Shown: positions 8,776 through 19,009, numbered from the stretch's first letter. The stretch is 64,000 nucleotides of DNA from Spirochaetia bacterium (GCA_963675665.1 OY776510.1:1792001-1856000); one strand, 5' to 3'. A program made the numbers and translations. The notes: generated by a model from the letters alone, not told the origin.

Positions 8776-10872
8776 GTGGATCCGAAACTATACCTTGAGA
8801 AGGTTTACGGAGGACTGATCGGTAAATGCGCCGGCGTAAGACTCGGCGCTCCTGTTGAACCCACCATATGGACTTACGAGCGAATCAGGGAAACATACGG
8901 GGAGATTACCGGTTACATCAAAGACTATAAAAACTTCGCAGCAGATGATGATATAAACGGACCGCTTTTTTTTATCAGAACTCTTATAGACCACCCGGGG
9001 CCGGTAACGCCCCTGAATGTCGGAAGAGCCTGGCTGAATTATACACGTGAGGGGATTGGCTTTTATTGGTGGGGCGGGTACGGCCGAAGTACCGAACATA
9101 CCGCGTATCTGAATCTCAAGGATGGTATTGATGCTCCCGAATCAGGCAGTATAAAAATAAACGGGGAAACCATCGCCGAACAGATAGGCGGACAGATATT
9201 TATTGATTCGTGGGGTTGGGTTATTCCGGACAACCCCGGTGAAGCTGCGCGCCACGCGGCTATGGCCGCTTCGGTAGGACACGACCGCAACGGTATTTAC
9301 GGCGCTAAATTTATTGCAGCCTGTATTTCACTGGCTTTCTCGGACATGGACATATCGCGGATAATCGACAGGGCTTTAACTGAAATACCCCCTGAATCCG
9401 AATACGCGCGGGTTGTCAAAGCCGTAAGGGATTATCACAGTTTTTCGCCGGACGACTGGCGCGGCGCACGGCAGTTTCTCGAAGTAAACTTCGGTTATGA
9501 TCGTTATGGCGGAGTCTGCCATATTATTCCAAACGCCGGTGTTTGTGCGCTTGCCCTGTATTACGGGAACGGCGATTTTTCCCGTACCATCGAGATTGCA
9601 ACGATGTGCGGCTGGGACACCGACTGTAATGCCGGCAATACCGGCGCCATTTTGGGTGTGCTTGCAGGGCCCCGCGGTATTCCGGAACGATACAGAAGGC
9701 CAATCAATGACTGGCATGCCGCAAGCTCAATATCGGGTGCTTTAAACAATATAAACCTGCCTTCCGCAAGCCGCGAGCTGGCTGTTTTGGGATTAAGACT
9801 GAAAGGAGAAAGTGTTCCCGAAGAATGGCTGGACGGCTGTTTCAGCGATGATATTGTGCTTGATTTTTCTCTTCCCGGAGCTACAGCCGGGATAAGGACC
9901 AGTTCCAGTTACCTTGCCCCGATATCCCCCGGCCGGGACTTTTACTCGGACGGCGGGCTGGTAATACTGCTGGACCGGCTGGTAAGGGGCGATACGGCGC
10001 GAATCTTTTATAAGCCCTTTTATCAGCGTGAAGATTTTGATGACGAGCGCTATAAACCGACATTTACTCCGACTGCATTTCCCGGCCAGCAGTTTCTAAT
10101 AAAAGGCAGGGTTTCCCGGATAAGCGGACAGCGAATTGCCTTGGCGCCTTATGTTGCGGATGCGAAAACAAAAAAAATAATTCAGGGAGAATATATCTTT
10201 CCGGATGATAAAGATGATTTTGAATTTAACTGGGTGCTGCCCGGAGTCCCTTTTGCAATTAGTGAAACCGGACTGCTGGCAACCAATTTCGATAGTGAAA
10301 AATACCTGGGAAAGATTGTACTTGATGAATTTTCGGTTTCAGGCAAGCGTGAATTCGATATACAATTTGCCGATGAATCCGAGGCCTTCCAGGGTTTGTC
10401 GCGTTGTTCGGCAGTCGGCGGATACTGGGCTGTAGAGGACGGATCTTTGCATGTAATAACCCGGGATGAGTTCCTGCTGTTTGCAGGGCCTTACTATACC
10501 GCAGACAGCGAGATCTCCGCCGAACTTGTTCCTGAATACGGCGAAAGCCACTTACTTTCATTCAGGTCCCGCGGAGCTGAATACGGTTACTTTTTCGGCC
10601 TTCACGGCGGCAACAGAGTTGCGCTGCTTAAAAAAGACGGTGATGTAGCCGTGTTGTCTGAGCAGGATTTTAAATGGCAGCCGGGAGGCAACTATACTCT
10701 TGAAGTGTCAGCGGTAACTTCTGAAGAAGGATTGATTATTACATGCGGCATAAACGGCACCGGATTAATAAAACATATCGATAAGACTCCGCATCCCTAT
10801 GGAATGGCCGGGCTCGGCAAAATCAAACCGGGAAGAACCCGGTTTGTTAATCTTCATGTCAGGGAGCTGTAG
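8776..10872 (+). CDS. Long ADP-ribosylglycohydrolase family protein with C-terminal beta-rich extension
   Basis: GVRLGAPVE, ADDDING and GWDTDCNAG motifs; about 340 extra C-terminal residues. Confidence 0.88.
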   Translation: MDPKLYLEKVYGGLIGKCAGVRLGAPVEPTIWTYERIRETYGEITGYIKDYKNFAADDDINGPLFFIRTLIDHPGPVTPLNVGRAWLNYTREGIGFYWWGGYGRSTEHTAYLNLKDGIDAPESGSIKINGETIAEQIGGQIFIDSWGWVIPDNPGEAARHAAMAASVGHDRNGIYGAKFIAACISLAFSDMDISRIIDRALTEIPPESEYARVVKAVRDYHSFSPDDWRGARQFLEVNFGYDRYGGVCHIIPNAGVCALALYYGNGDFSRTIEIATMCGWDTDCNAGNTGAILGVLAGPRGIPERYRRPINDWHAASSISGALNNINLPSASRELAVLGLRLKGESVPEEWLDGCFSDDIVLDFSLPGATAGIRTSSSYLAPISPGRDFYSDGGLVILLDRLVRGDTARIFYKPFYQREDFDDERYKPTFTPTAFPGQQFLIKGRVSRISGQRIALAPYVADAKTKKIIQGEYIFPDDKDDFEFNWVLPGVPFAISETGLLATNFDSEKYLGKIVLDEFSVSGKREFDIQFADESEAFQGLSRCSAVGGYWAVEDGSLHVITRDEFLLFAGPYYTADSEISAELVPEYGESHLLSFRSRGAEYGYFFGLHGGNRVALLKKDGDVAVLSEQDFKWQPGGNYTLEVSAVTSEEGLIITCGINGTGLIKHIDKTPHPYGMAGLGKIKPGRTRFVNLHVREL

Positions 10873-10881
10873 TATAGCTGT

Positions 10882-11148
10882 ATGAAAGCCGCGGCAGGGA
10901 AGACCGAAAAGGGAGATTCTCTGGTTACAGTATACCGAAGCAACTCTGATGAATGCAAAGTAACAATAAATTCGCCCGTAAGAGAGATGTTTAAAGAACT
11001 TCAGGATAATGCTGTTTATACGGCACTTGAAGAAACCGGGGCTGAAGGTCTGACTGTTGAAGTAAATGATTATCAGGCTCTTGATTTTGTGCTGACGGCC
11101 AGGGTAAAGGCTGCATTGTTCCGCCTCCGGGAAAAGGAAGAAGGATGA
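10882..11148 (+). CDS. citD: Citrate lyase acyl carrier protein-like (gamma subunit), attachment Ser absent
   Basis: AG..E..D N-terminus and ALDFVLTARVKAALFR C-terminus; upstream of citE and citF. Confidence 0.75.
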   Translation: MKAAAGKTEKGDSLVTVYRSNSDECKVTINSPVREMFKELQDNAVYTALEETGAEGLTVEVNDYQALDFVLTARVKAALFRLREKEEG

Positions 11149-12005
11149 GAAGCTGGCTTTATGTACCTGCCGACAGGCCTAAAATGATTATCAATGCAGG
11201 AATTTACGGTGCGGACGGGATTGTCTTTGATCTTGAAGATTCGACTGGCGCCGGGGAGAAAGATGAAGCCCGGATACTTGTTGCCGAGGTATTCAGGCGT
11301 TATGATTTTTCGCCGGGCGCAGAAAGGCCTTCCGTGTTGTGCGTTCGCATAAACGGCCTTGACTCCGGGTTGTGGCGCGAGGACCTTGAATCGCTTATAC
11401 CGGCCGGAGTCAGACTGATAAGGATTCCTAAAGTAGAAAGCCGTGAGCACGTTCTTGAGGTTTGCGGGCTCCTGGAAAAGCTTGAGGCGGCTGAAGATCT
11501 GGTTCCCGGTGCGGTAAAAATTCAGGCAATTCTGGAAACACCGAAAGGCGTAGAGAATGTTTTTAACATTGCGGATGCCTCGCCGAGGCTTTCCGGCCTG
11601 AGTTTCGGCGCCGAGGATTTCTGTGCTTCCGCAGGTCTTGACCGATCAGGACCGGCATACATTCTTGATTATCCAAGAAGCAGAATTGCCAACGGCGCTG
11701 CAGCCGCAGGTATTGAAGCCTGGGACACAGTCTGGTCGAATTATACCGATCTGCAGGGCCTCCGCGAAGATGCCCTGCGTGCACGGAATCTCGGATTTTC
11801 CGGAAAATCGGTCATACACCCGGATCAGATAGAAATTGTAAACAGTATCTTCGCCCCGACAGAAGTGCAGATTGAATGGGCCAAAAAAATCCTGTCTGCG
11901 GCTTCGGATGAATCCGGGGTTTTCGGGGTTGACGGTATGATGGTGGATGCTCCCGTTATTGCGAGGGCCAGGCGGATACTCGGCAGCGGAGAAGCCGATG
12001 TCTGA
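11145..12005 (+). CDS. citE: Citryl-CoA lyase-like protein (CitE/HpcH family)
   Basis: RSWLYVP, FDLEDS, VRING, LETPKG, FGAEDF, GKSVIHP and MVDAPV motifs. Confidence 0.9.
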   Translation: MRSWLYVPADRPKMIINAGIYGADGIVFDLEDSTGAGEKDEARILVAEVFRRYDFSPGAERPSVLCVRINGLDSGLWREDLESLIPAGVRLIRIPKVESREHVLEVCGLLEKLEAAEDLVPGAVKIQAILETPKGVENVFNIADASPRLSGLSFGAEDFCASAGLDRSGPAYILDYPRSRIANGAAAAGIEAWDTVWSNYTDLQGLREDALRARNLGFSGKSVIHPDQIEIVNSIFAPTEVQIEWAKKILSAASDESGVFGVDGMMVDAPVIARARRILGSGEADV

Positions 12006-13398
12006 ACGGCCGAAGAGTTTAAAAGAAGCTGTCGGCGCTTCCGGTCTTAAAAACGGAAGCCGAATAAGTTTTCATCACCATCTGAGACTCGGTGACAGGG
12101 TTGTGGAACAGGTACTGATGTTGCTCGGTTCCATGGGGTTTAAAAACCTGACGCTTTGTGTTTCTTCATTGATGGGCAGTTCATGCGAAGCTGTGCTTGA
12201 AGCGATAAAGTCCGGCGTAGTCTGTGCAATCGAAACAACAGGCTTGAAAGAACCTGTCGCATCAGCAATGCTTGAAGGCCTTATTCCCAATCCTGTTATT
12301 TTCCGGAGCCACGGCGGCAGGGCCAAAGCGATTGCGTCCGGCCGTATAAAAATAGATGTCGCTTTTATAGCTGTTTCGGCTGTGGACAGGGCCGGAAATG
12401 CAAACGGGACTGACGGGCCGAACCGTTTCGGTTCATTAGGGTATGCTCTTGTCGACGCCGATTATGCAGCGCATGTAATTCTTGTCAGCGATTATATTTC
12501 CGAAGCGCCCCTCGGGATGATAAGCATTCCGGCGGAAAAAGCCGATCAGATAGTCATGGTAGACTCCATTGGCGACAGGGCGGGAATTTTCGGGGGGTCC
12601 ATCAGAATCTCGAGCAGTCCCGTTGAACATCTGATTGCGCGCAGGGCTTTATCTGTTCTTGACGCATCGGGAGTGATAAAACATGGATTTGCCTTTCAGG
12701 CCGGAAGCGGGGGCGTCAGCCTTCTTGTTTCACGGATGGTATCTGATCTGATGCGTACCAGGGGTATTACAGGAGAATTTGCCGCCGGCGGGGCAACCGG
12801 TACTCTGTCGGAATTGTTAAAGGAGGGGCTGTTCAGGCGACTGTATGATGTGCAGAGTTTTGACGATGAAGCTGCGCTGTCGTTAAAAAGTAACCCCAAT
12901 CACATCGAGATGAGCGCGTCTCTCTATGCCGACCCGGACAACCCGGACTGTATCGCGCATAAACTTGACGTAATGATTCTTTCCGCCACAGAGGTGGATT
13001 ATGATTTTAATATTAATTCAATAACCGGCAGCAACGGACGTATTCTCGGAGCTCTCGGCGGAGCCCCCGATACAGCAGCCGGCGCCGGCCTGACTGTTGT
13101 TGTTCTGCCGTCCTTTCGAAATCGTATTCCGACGGTAAGAAACCGGGTTCATACAATCTGTACTCCCGGGAAAACAGTAGACGTTATCGTTACCGAAAGA
13201 GGTATCTGTATAAATCCGGAGCGTCCTGATATTGTTGAAGCTGCTGACAGGGCCGGGATTCAGGTTGTTTCCCCGGAAAATCTGAGCCGTCTGGTATGCA
13301 AAATTACCGGTGTTCCGGATTATCCCGTGAAAGGAAAAAAACTTGCAGGGATTGTTGAATACCGGGACGGTTCTATTCTTGACAGAATATTCATTTGA
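11998..13398 (+). CDS. citF: Citrate lyase alpha subunit-like CoA transferase
   Basis: ISFHHHLR, RSHGGRA, GSLGYA, DVQSFD and EYRDG motifs; start moved to ATG 11998. Confidence 0.9.
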   Translation: MSERPKSLKEAVGASGLKNGSRISFHHHLRLGDRVVEQVLMLLGSMGFKNLTLCVSSLMGSSCEAVLEAIKSGVVCAIETTGLKEPVASAMLEGLIPNPVIFRSHGGRAKAIASGRIKIDVAFIAVSAVDRAGNANGTDGPNRFGSLGYALVDADYAAHVILVSDYISEAPLGMISIPAEKADQIVMVDSIGDRAGIFGGSIRISSSPVEHLIARRALSVLDASGVIKHGFAFQAGSGGVSLLVSRMVSDLMRTRGITGEFAAGGATGTLSELLKEGLFRRLYDVQSFDDEAALSLKSNPNHIEMSASLYADPDNPDCIAHKLDVMILSATEVDYDFNINSITGSNGRILGALGGAPDTAAGAGLTVVVLPSFRNRIPTVRNRVHTICTPGKTVDVIVTERGICINPERPDIVEAADRAGIQVVSPENLSRLVCKITGVPDYPVKGKKLAGIVEYRDGSILDRIFI

Positions 13399-13442
13399 CT
13401 GCCGTAGTTGATAATATCCACCCTTTATAATAATATTCAATC

Positions 13443-14231
13443 ATGCAGAGAATAGGTTTCTTGGGAGCCGGAAACATGGCTTTTGCCATAGCCGGAGCGA
13501 TCTCGGAAAAGTTTGATGATGTAGTCATAGTCCCTTATGATATAGCGGAAGAGCGGATTAAATTATTCGCAGCAAGTTTCAGAAATGTTGAGCCGGTTTC
13601 AGACCCTGCCGATTTTGCGGACAGGTGCGACGTGCTTTTCCTGTCGGTAAAACCGCAGATGATGAAAGACGCAATAGCGCCTCTTTCCGGATTCAGCGGA
13701 TTGGCGATTTCGATAGCAGCCGGCCTTAAGATTACATTTTATGAAGAGCTGATGCCTGATGCGCGTATAATAAGGGTTATGCCGAACACGCCCTGTCTTG
13801 TAGGGGAGATGGCTGCAGGCTATGCCGCAGGCCGAAGCGTAACGGATAAGGACATGGCTGTTGCAGAAAGGCTTTTAAAAGCCGCCGGGACAGCCGTGGT
13901 TGTAGACGAATCCAGAATTGATGCAGTGACGGGCGTTTCCGGTTCCGGGCCGGCATATTTTGCCCGGATTGTCGAGGCTTTTATTGAAGCCGGTATTAAA
14001 GGCGGCCTGTCTTCGGAGCTGTCGCGTGAACTGGCTCTGCAGACAATGAGAGGCACCGCTGCATTGCTTCAGCAGAAGAATATGAGTCCCGAAGAGCTGG
14101 TAAAGATGGTCAGTTCGCCGAACGGCACAACCGTCGCCGGGCGGGAAGTGCTCGAAGCATCGGATTACAGGGAAGTTATAGGCCGTACCGTGGCCAGAAC
14201 AATAGAGCGAAGCAGGGAGCTTGGAAAATGA
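13443..14231 (+). CDS. proC: Pyrroline-5-carboxylate reductase
   Basis: GAGNMA, VKPQ, RVMPNTP, SGSGPAY, SPNGTT. Confidence 0.95.
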   Translation: MQRIGFLGAGNMAFAIAGAISEKFDDVVIVPYDIAEERIKLFAASFRNVEPVSDPADFADRCDVLFLSVKPQMMKDAIAPLSGFSGLAISIAAGLKITFYEELMPDARIIRVMPNTPCLVGEMAAGYAAGRSVTDKDMAVAERLLKAAGTAVVVDESRIDAVTGVSGSGPAYFARIVEAFIEAGIKGGLSSELSRELALQTMRGTAALLQQKNMSPEELVKMVSSPNGTTVAGREVLEASDYREVIGRTVARTIERSRELGK

Positions 14232-15505
14232 ATTTAAGCGTACGGACAAGAAAGCTGAAGGAATCTTCATACCGTCTTGCAGCAGTCAGTGGAAAATTAA
14301 GAAACGAAGCACTTCTGAAAACTGCAGCTGCGCTGCGCAGTAATGCTGATCTGATAATTGGTGAAAACAAAAAGGACCTCGAAAACGCAGAGAAGCAGCA
14401 GCTTGCTTATGCACTGGTTAAGCGGCTTTCGATCAATGAATCAAAGCTTGATCAGATGGCCTCAGGACTGGAATCTCTGGCAAACCTTCCGGATCCGCTC
14501 GGTAAAACATCACTGAAGCGCGAACTTGACAAGGGTCTGGTTCTTGAGCGGATAAGCGTGCCGATTGGCCTTATAGGGGTTATTTTTGAGTCGAGGCCCG
14601 ACGCGCTTGTCCAGATTGCCGGGCTCTGCATTAAAAGCGGCAATACGGTTATTCTCAAGGGCGGTTCGGAAGCGCTGAATTCCAACCGGATTCTTTCCGA
14701 ACTGATTGTCGACGCGGTTGAAGCGGTATCAGATGATTTTCGCGACACAATAATGCTGGTTGAAAGCCGCGAAGACATAAATACTCTGCTCGGGTTCGAT
14801 CAGTATATAGATCTGATGATACCGAGGGGATCGAACGCTCTTGTTCGTTATATAATGGACAACACAAAGATTCCCGTTATGGGACATTCCGACGGCATCT
14901 GCCATATGTATGTTGATGAAAATTTTGAGCTTGAGCAGGGTCTTGAGTTAATCCGGGATGCGAAATGTCAGTATCCGGCAGTTTGCAACGCTATCGAAAC
15001 GCTGCTTGTTCATGAGAAATCGGCTGAAAAGCTGATTCCGCTGCTGCCCGGAAAGATGCCTGAAGTCAGGCTGCTCGGCGATGAGCGGACCTGTGAACTG
15101 ATAGATGCGGCACCGGCCTCCGATGAAGACTGGGATACCGAATACAATGATCTGGTATTGTCAGTCAGGGTGGTCGGCGGGCTTGCCGAAGCTGTTGATT
15201 TTATAAACCTGCACGGCAGCCATCATACCGATTGCATACTGACGACGGATGAAGAAAACGCAAGGTTTTTCATGATGAACGTAGATTCAAGCTCGGTGAT
15301 GAAAAACTGTTCAACCCGCTTTGCCGACGGTTTCAGGTACGGTTTCGGCGCCGAGGTGGGGATATCCACCGGCAAGATACACGCCCGCGGCCCGGTGGGG
15401 CTTGAGGGGCTGACCATATATAAATATTTTCTTAACGGCGAAGGACACACGGTAAAACCATATGCCGACGGCGATAAGGAATTTACTCATAAGGATATGC
15501 AATGA
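14228..15505 (+). CDS. proA: Gamma-glutamyl phosphate reductase
   Basis: FESRP, CNAIETLL, FGAEVGIST, HARGPVG. Confidence 0.95.
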   Translation: MNLSVRTRKLKESSYRLAAVSGKLRNEALLKTAAALRSNADLIIGENKKDLENAEKQQLAYALVKRLSINESKLDQMASGLESLANLPDPLGKTSLKRELDKGLVLERISVPIGLIGVIFESRPDALVQIAGLCIKSGNTVILKGGSEALNSNRILSELIVDAVEAVSDDFRDTIMLVESREDINTLLGFDQYIDLMIPRGSNALVRYIMDNTKIPVMGHSDGICHMYVDENFELEQGLELIRDAKCQYPAVCNAIETLLVHEKSAEKLIPLLPGKMPEVRLLGDERTCELIDAAPASDEDWDTEYNDLVLSVRVVGGLAEAVDFINLHGSHHTDCILTTDEENARFFMMNVDSSSVMKNCSTRFADGFRYGFGAEVGISTGKIHARGPVGLEGLTIYKYFLNGEGHTVKPYADGDKEFTHKDMQ

Positions 15506-16275
15506 AGCTTTTGGTCAAAATAGGCTCGGCATTAATCAGCCGTGACAACAGAATAGATTATAACTGGCTCAAGGACAAGGTTAATGAACTTGCGGCGCTC
15601 TACCGCGAAGGGGTGAAGCTGATAATTGTCAGTTCGGGGGCAGTTGCCGCCGGCATGGAGATACGAAGCCTCAGAACACGCCCGACCGATACGGTAAGCC
15701 TTCAGATGCTTTCGGGAATGGGACAGGTCCGGCTCAGTAAATATTACAAGGATCTCTTCAAGGAAAAATACATCTTCACGGCGCAGTTGCTTCTGACTCA
15801 TCATAATTTCGATAACGAATCTGAAGTGGGCGCGATAATTGAAATCCTGAACCGCTGCCTAGACGAGGGCGTAATACCGATTATTAATGAGAACGACATG
15901 GTCAACAAGGAAGAGTTTGATTCGGAGGGAAATTTTACCGACAACGATATTCTTGCGGCCTTTGTCGCTTCATCGGTTAAGGTCGACAAAGCCCTTATCC
16001 TGACGAATGTCGACGGGCTTTATGCAGAGAATCCGCATAACGGCGGGAATGACAAGCCGAAGCTGATCACCCGCGTTGAGAAGATAGATGATAATATTAA
16101 ATCAATGGCGGCAGACGGTAAAAGCGGTCTGGGCCTCGGAGGTATGAAGTCGAAAGTCCTTGCCGCAGAAATGATAACCGGGGCCGGGATCGAAACGATT
16201 GTAGCGAACGGTAATTATTCAATAATTGATATCCTTGAAAACAAAGCGCCCGCGACAGTATTTACTGTGTTATAG
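15502..16275 (+). CDS. proB: Glutamate 5-kinase (short form, no PUA domain)
   Basis: VKIGS, VSSGAVAAG, NEND, DND, GGMKSK. Confidence 0.93.
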   Translation: MKLLVKIGSALISRDNRIDYNWLKDKVNELAALYREGVKLIIVSSGAVAAGMEIRSLRTRPTDTVSLQMLSGMGQVRLSKYYKDLFKEKYIFTAQLLLTHHNFDNESEVGAIIEILNRCLDEGVIPIINENDMVNKEEFDSEGNFTDNDILAAFVASSVKVDKALILTNVDGLYAENPHNGGNDKPKLITRVEKIDDNIKSMAADGKSGLGLGGMKSKVLAAEMITGAGIETIVANGNYSIIDILENKAPATVFTVL

Positions 16276-16291
16276 TAAAAACGGAGTGTTT

Positions 16292-16966
16292 ATGAAAAAG
16301 TTATCTTTATTTATTGCAGTTCTGTCGGTGCTTCCGGTGCTGTTGTTTGCCGGAGGGAAAACTGAAGTTTCCGGTGTTCCGGCTATGGTAGACGGGGTAA
16401 TCGAATATCTTGAAGGTTCTGTTACTGTAAATAATGAGACTGCGGATTTCGGGATGAAAATTCCTTACGGGGCAATCGTAAAAACAGGTCCTGAATCGTA
16501 CTGTGAAATAGTATTCGACAGCAAGAACATTTTCAGGGTAATGGAGTCAACGGTTGCAACAATTAAGCTTTCGGTTAATGACCCGGAAATACTGATAGAG
16601 AAGGGAGCTTTAGGCGCTTTTTTTGCCAAACTTGATTCTTTTACAAGCGATGAACCCTTTAAAATCAGGACACAAACAACCCTTGCAGGGATAAGGGGCA
16701 CCGCTTTTTTTGTAAAGGCTGTTGATGCTGAAACTACATATGTCTGTATATGCAACGGAGAAATTGAACTGTCCGAAACCGACGGGAGCAATTCTGCTGA
16801 TTTCAGTTCGGGCCATCACAAGGCGGCATGGTACCGGGGAAAAGAAGGCGACATTGAAATCAGCAGCGCACCGCTGCTGTACCATAATGATGAAGATATG
16901 AATAAGCTGGCTGATCGGATAGGCGAAAAAATCCCCTGGGATGACAACTATAATACGGAGTACTGA
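16292..16966 (+). CDS. Exported FecR-domain protein
   Basis: Signal peptide MKKLSLF..FAGG; KTGPES and AGIRGTAF motifs. Confidence 0.75.
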   Translation: MKKLSLFIAVLSVLPVLLFAGGKTEVSGVPAMVDGVIEYLEGSVTVNNETADFGMKIPYGAIVKTGPESYCEIVFDSKNIFRVMESTVATIKLSVNDPEILIEKGALGAFFAKLDSFTSDEPFKIRTQTTLAGIRGTAFFVKAVDAETTYVCICNGEIELSETDGSNSADFSSGHHKAAWYRGKEGDIEISSAPLLYHNDEDMNKLADRIGEKIPWDDNYNTEY

Positions 16967-16974
16967 TATATCGC

Positions 16975-17652
16975 ATGACATACAAAGGAATAATCTTTGA
17001 TTTCAACGGGACCCTTATATGGGACACCCCGCTTCACAAGGAAGCATGGCTTAGGTTCAGTCGTGAGCTTGACGTTGAACTGACGGAAAAGCGCTACTAT
17101 AATGATGTTCACGGGCGGTCTACGAAAAATATACTGGAACTTCTTCTGGAACGTAAACTGGGCTCCGATGAATACGAATATCTTTCAAATCGAAAAGAGT
17201 CTTTATACATGCAGGCCTGTCTTGATAACCCGGATATTTACTGTTTTGCGCCGGGGGTTAACGATTTTCTCGATTACCTTGTAAAAAAGAATATTCCAAG
17301 AACAATCGCAACAGCCTCCGACAGGCAGAACCTTGATTTTTTTATTGAAACCCTTGAACTTAACCGCTGGTTTGATACCGAACTGTTTGCCTATGACGAC
17401 GGGCACATTAAGAACAAGCCTGAACCGGACCTTTATCATAAAGCCGCAGAGAAACTCGGAACTGAAGTTGAATCGCTTGTTGTAGTTGAGGATACATTTT
17501 TCGGTGTTCTTGCCGCCAAAAACGCAGGCGCCGGCTACCTTATAGTAACCGGACCTGCCGAAGACCAGCATGATGAATTGGACGGTCTGGAGGGGATTGA
17601 CCAGTTTATTTCCGACTTTACCGAGATTGATAGAAATCTATTTTCCGTGTAA
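16975..17652 (+). CDS. HAD family phosphatase (beta-PGM/CbbY-like)
   Basis: FDFNGTL, KPEPD, VVEDT. Confidence 0.88.
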   Translation: MTYKGIIFDFNGTLIWDTPLHKEAWLRFSRELDVELTEKRYYNDVHGRSTKNILELLLERKLGSDEYEYLSNRKESLYMQACLDNPDIYCFAPGVNDFLDYLVKKNIPRTIATASDRQNLDFFIETLELNRWFDTELFAYDDGHIKNKPEPDLYHKAAEKLGTEVESLVVVEDTFFGVLAAKNAGAGYLIVTGPAEDQHDELDGLEGIDQFISDFTEIDRNLFSV

Positions 17653-19009
17653 CAAACATCAGGAAACCTGTTATTGCAAATACTCCGGAAGAGCCGATTA
17701 GAAGCGCCCAGTCTTCCGACTGAAGTGTAATAAAAAGAAACAGATACACACTTATCATAACCGGTGTAATATACCAGGCTTTTTTATCTTTCCCTAGGAC
17801 CGAATAAGTATACAACCCCAGCATAAGAGTGACTGCTGCGGATGATACCAGGTAAGAGAGGTTGAAACTTATGTGTTCTGAAAATGAAAGAAGAAGCAGG
17901 AAGAAAATTATATTCGCTGTTCCGGCAAGAATATACTGAATAATATGAATTTTACGGTTGAAAAAATGCTCAAACATGAACAGGGTTATAAACGGGATAA
18001 GGATAAACAAAACTGCGTATTTTGCAGCCCGTTCGTTCTGTTCGTAATGATCATGCACATTTATAAGATCAGTCCGAATATATGAAGTTGAGGTGTCTTC
18101 AGGGTAGTAACAGTCCGCAGAATATTCATTATAGGCAAGGTTTCCCGGGGCAGTTTTTTCATTCCAGCTGACAGGCAGTCCGCTGCTCAGGCTGCTACAG
18201 TTCCATTCCGCGCTGAAGCCGGTTTCGGTAATAACATGATTGTCCGGCAGACATAATCCGCTGAACGACGGGGAAGGCCAGTTTCCCTGTATTTCAGCCC
18301 TGTTTACGGTGCCCAGCGGAAGGAAGGCAACTGTTTCGGCGCCGCCTACTGCTATTATAATATTAAATTTTACAGGAAGGTCCGATTCCCCGGTTTCACT
18401 TTGCACCGGCGATAAAGAATAAATCCCCCCTGAATCAAGTCCGAGTCCCCGGTCCCCGGGCAGAAAACTCAGCCCGGCATCCTGCCATAAAGCCGTCTCA
18501 ACATTTTTTATTCCTTTCTGGTTGAAGAAGGGTATTACCAGCTCGGCTTGTTCCGGAAACAGTTTTTCATTGTCCGCTGTATCAGCTCCGATTTTTTCCG
18601 GCAGAAAGCTGCCTTCCAGATAAAGGCTGCCAGTGAACACGGGTGTATAGAAAATGCCCCGGTACTTGTTTTCGGTATCCAGTATAATTTTAATGTTGAG
18701 GTTTTCAGGCGTATACCACTGGCTGAACTCTTCATCGTGAAATTCACTTGTAGTTCTGCCCTCGCTGCTTACATAGACCTTTTCAATGCGCCTGATTCCG
18801 GGGACTTTCAGCACCGGTCCTGAAAATCTTAACGTGCCTCCGGCTGCGGACGAAATTTCCTGTTTAACCTCTGAAGCCCTCCAGGCTCTTTCGGTAATCA
18901 GAGATCTGACCATCGACAGCGGAGCCAGCATGACCAGAGTCAGAACAATAAGAATCAGAGCCTTGAAACCCTGGGTTTCAGTGATATTTGAAATCAGTTT
19001 TTTCATCAT
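17618..19009 (-). CDS. creD: Inner membrane protein CreD
   Basis: WPSPSFSG, ERAAKYAVLFI, LLLLSFSEHI, EDWALLIGS, MFVTRKID. Confidence 0.9.
   Translation of the reverse strand: MMKKLISNITETQGFKALILIVLTLVMLAPLSMVRSLITERAWRASEVKQEISSAAGGTLRFSGPVLKVPGIRRIEKVYVSSEGRTTSEFHDEEFSQWYTPENLNIKIILDTENKYRGIFYTPVFTGSLYLEGSFLPEKIGADTADNEKLFPEQAELVIPFFNQKGIKNVETALWQDAGLSFLPGDRGLGLDSGGIYSLSPVQSETGESDLPVKFNIIIAVGGAETVAFLPLGTVNRAEIQGNWPSPSFSGLCLPDNHVITETGFSAEWNCSSLSSGLPVSWNEKTAPGNLAYNEYSADCYYPEDTSTSYIRTDLINVHDHYEQNERAAKYAVLFILIPFITLFMFEHFFNRKIHIIQYILAGTANIIFFLLLLSFSEHISFNLSYLVSSAAVTLMLGLYTYSVLGKDKKAWYITPVMISVYLFLFITLQSEDWALLIGSSGVFAITGFLMFVTRKIDFYQSR

Noticed and set aside
4504-10872. ARH genes as antitoxins or DraG-type regulators
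   Set aside because: No ADP-ribosyltransferase or nif genes; they are embedded in an importer operon
13443-16275. proC-proA-proB order and PUA-less ProB
   Set aside because: Ordinary variation
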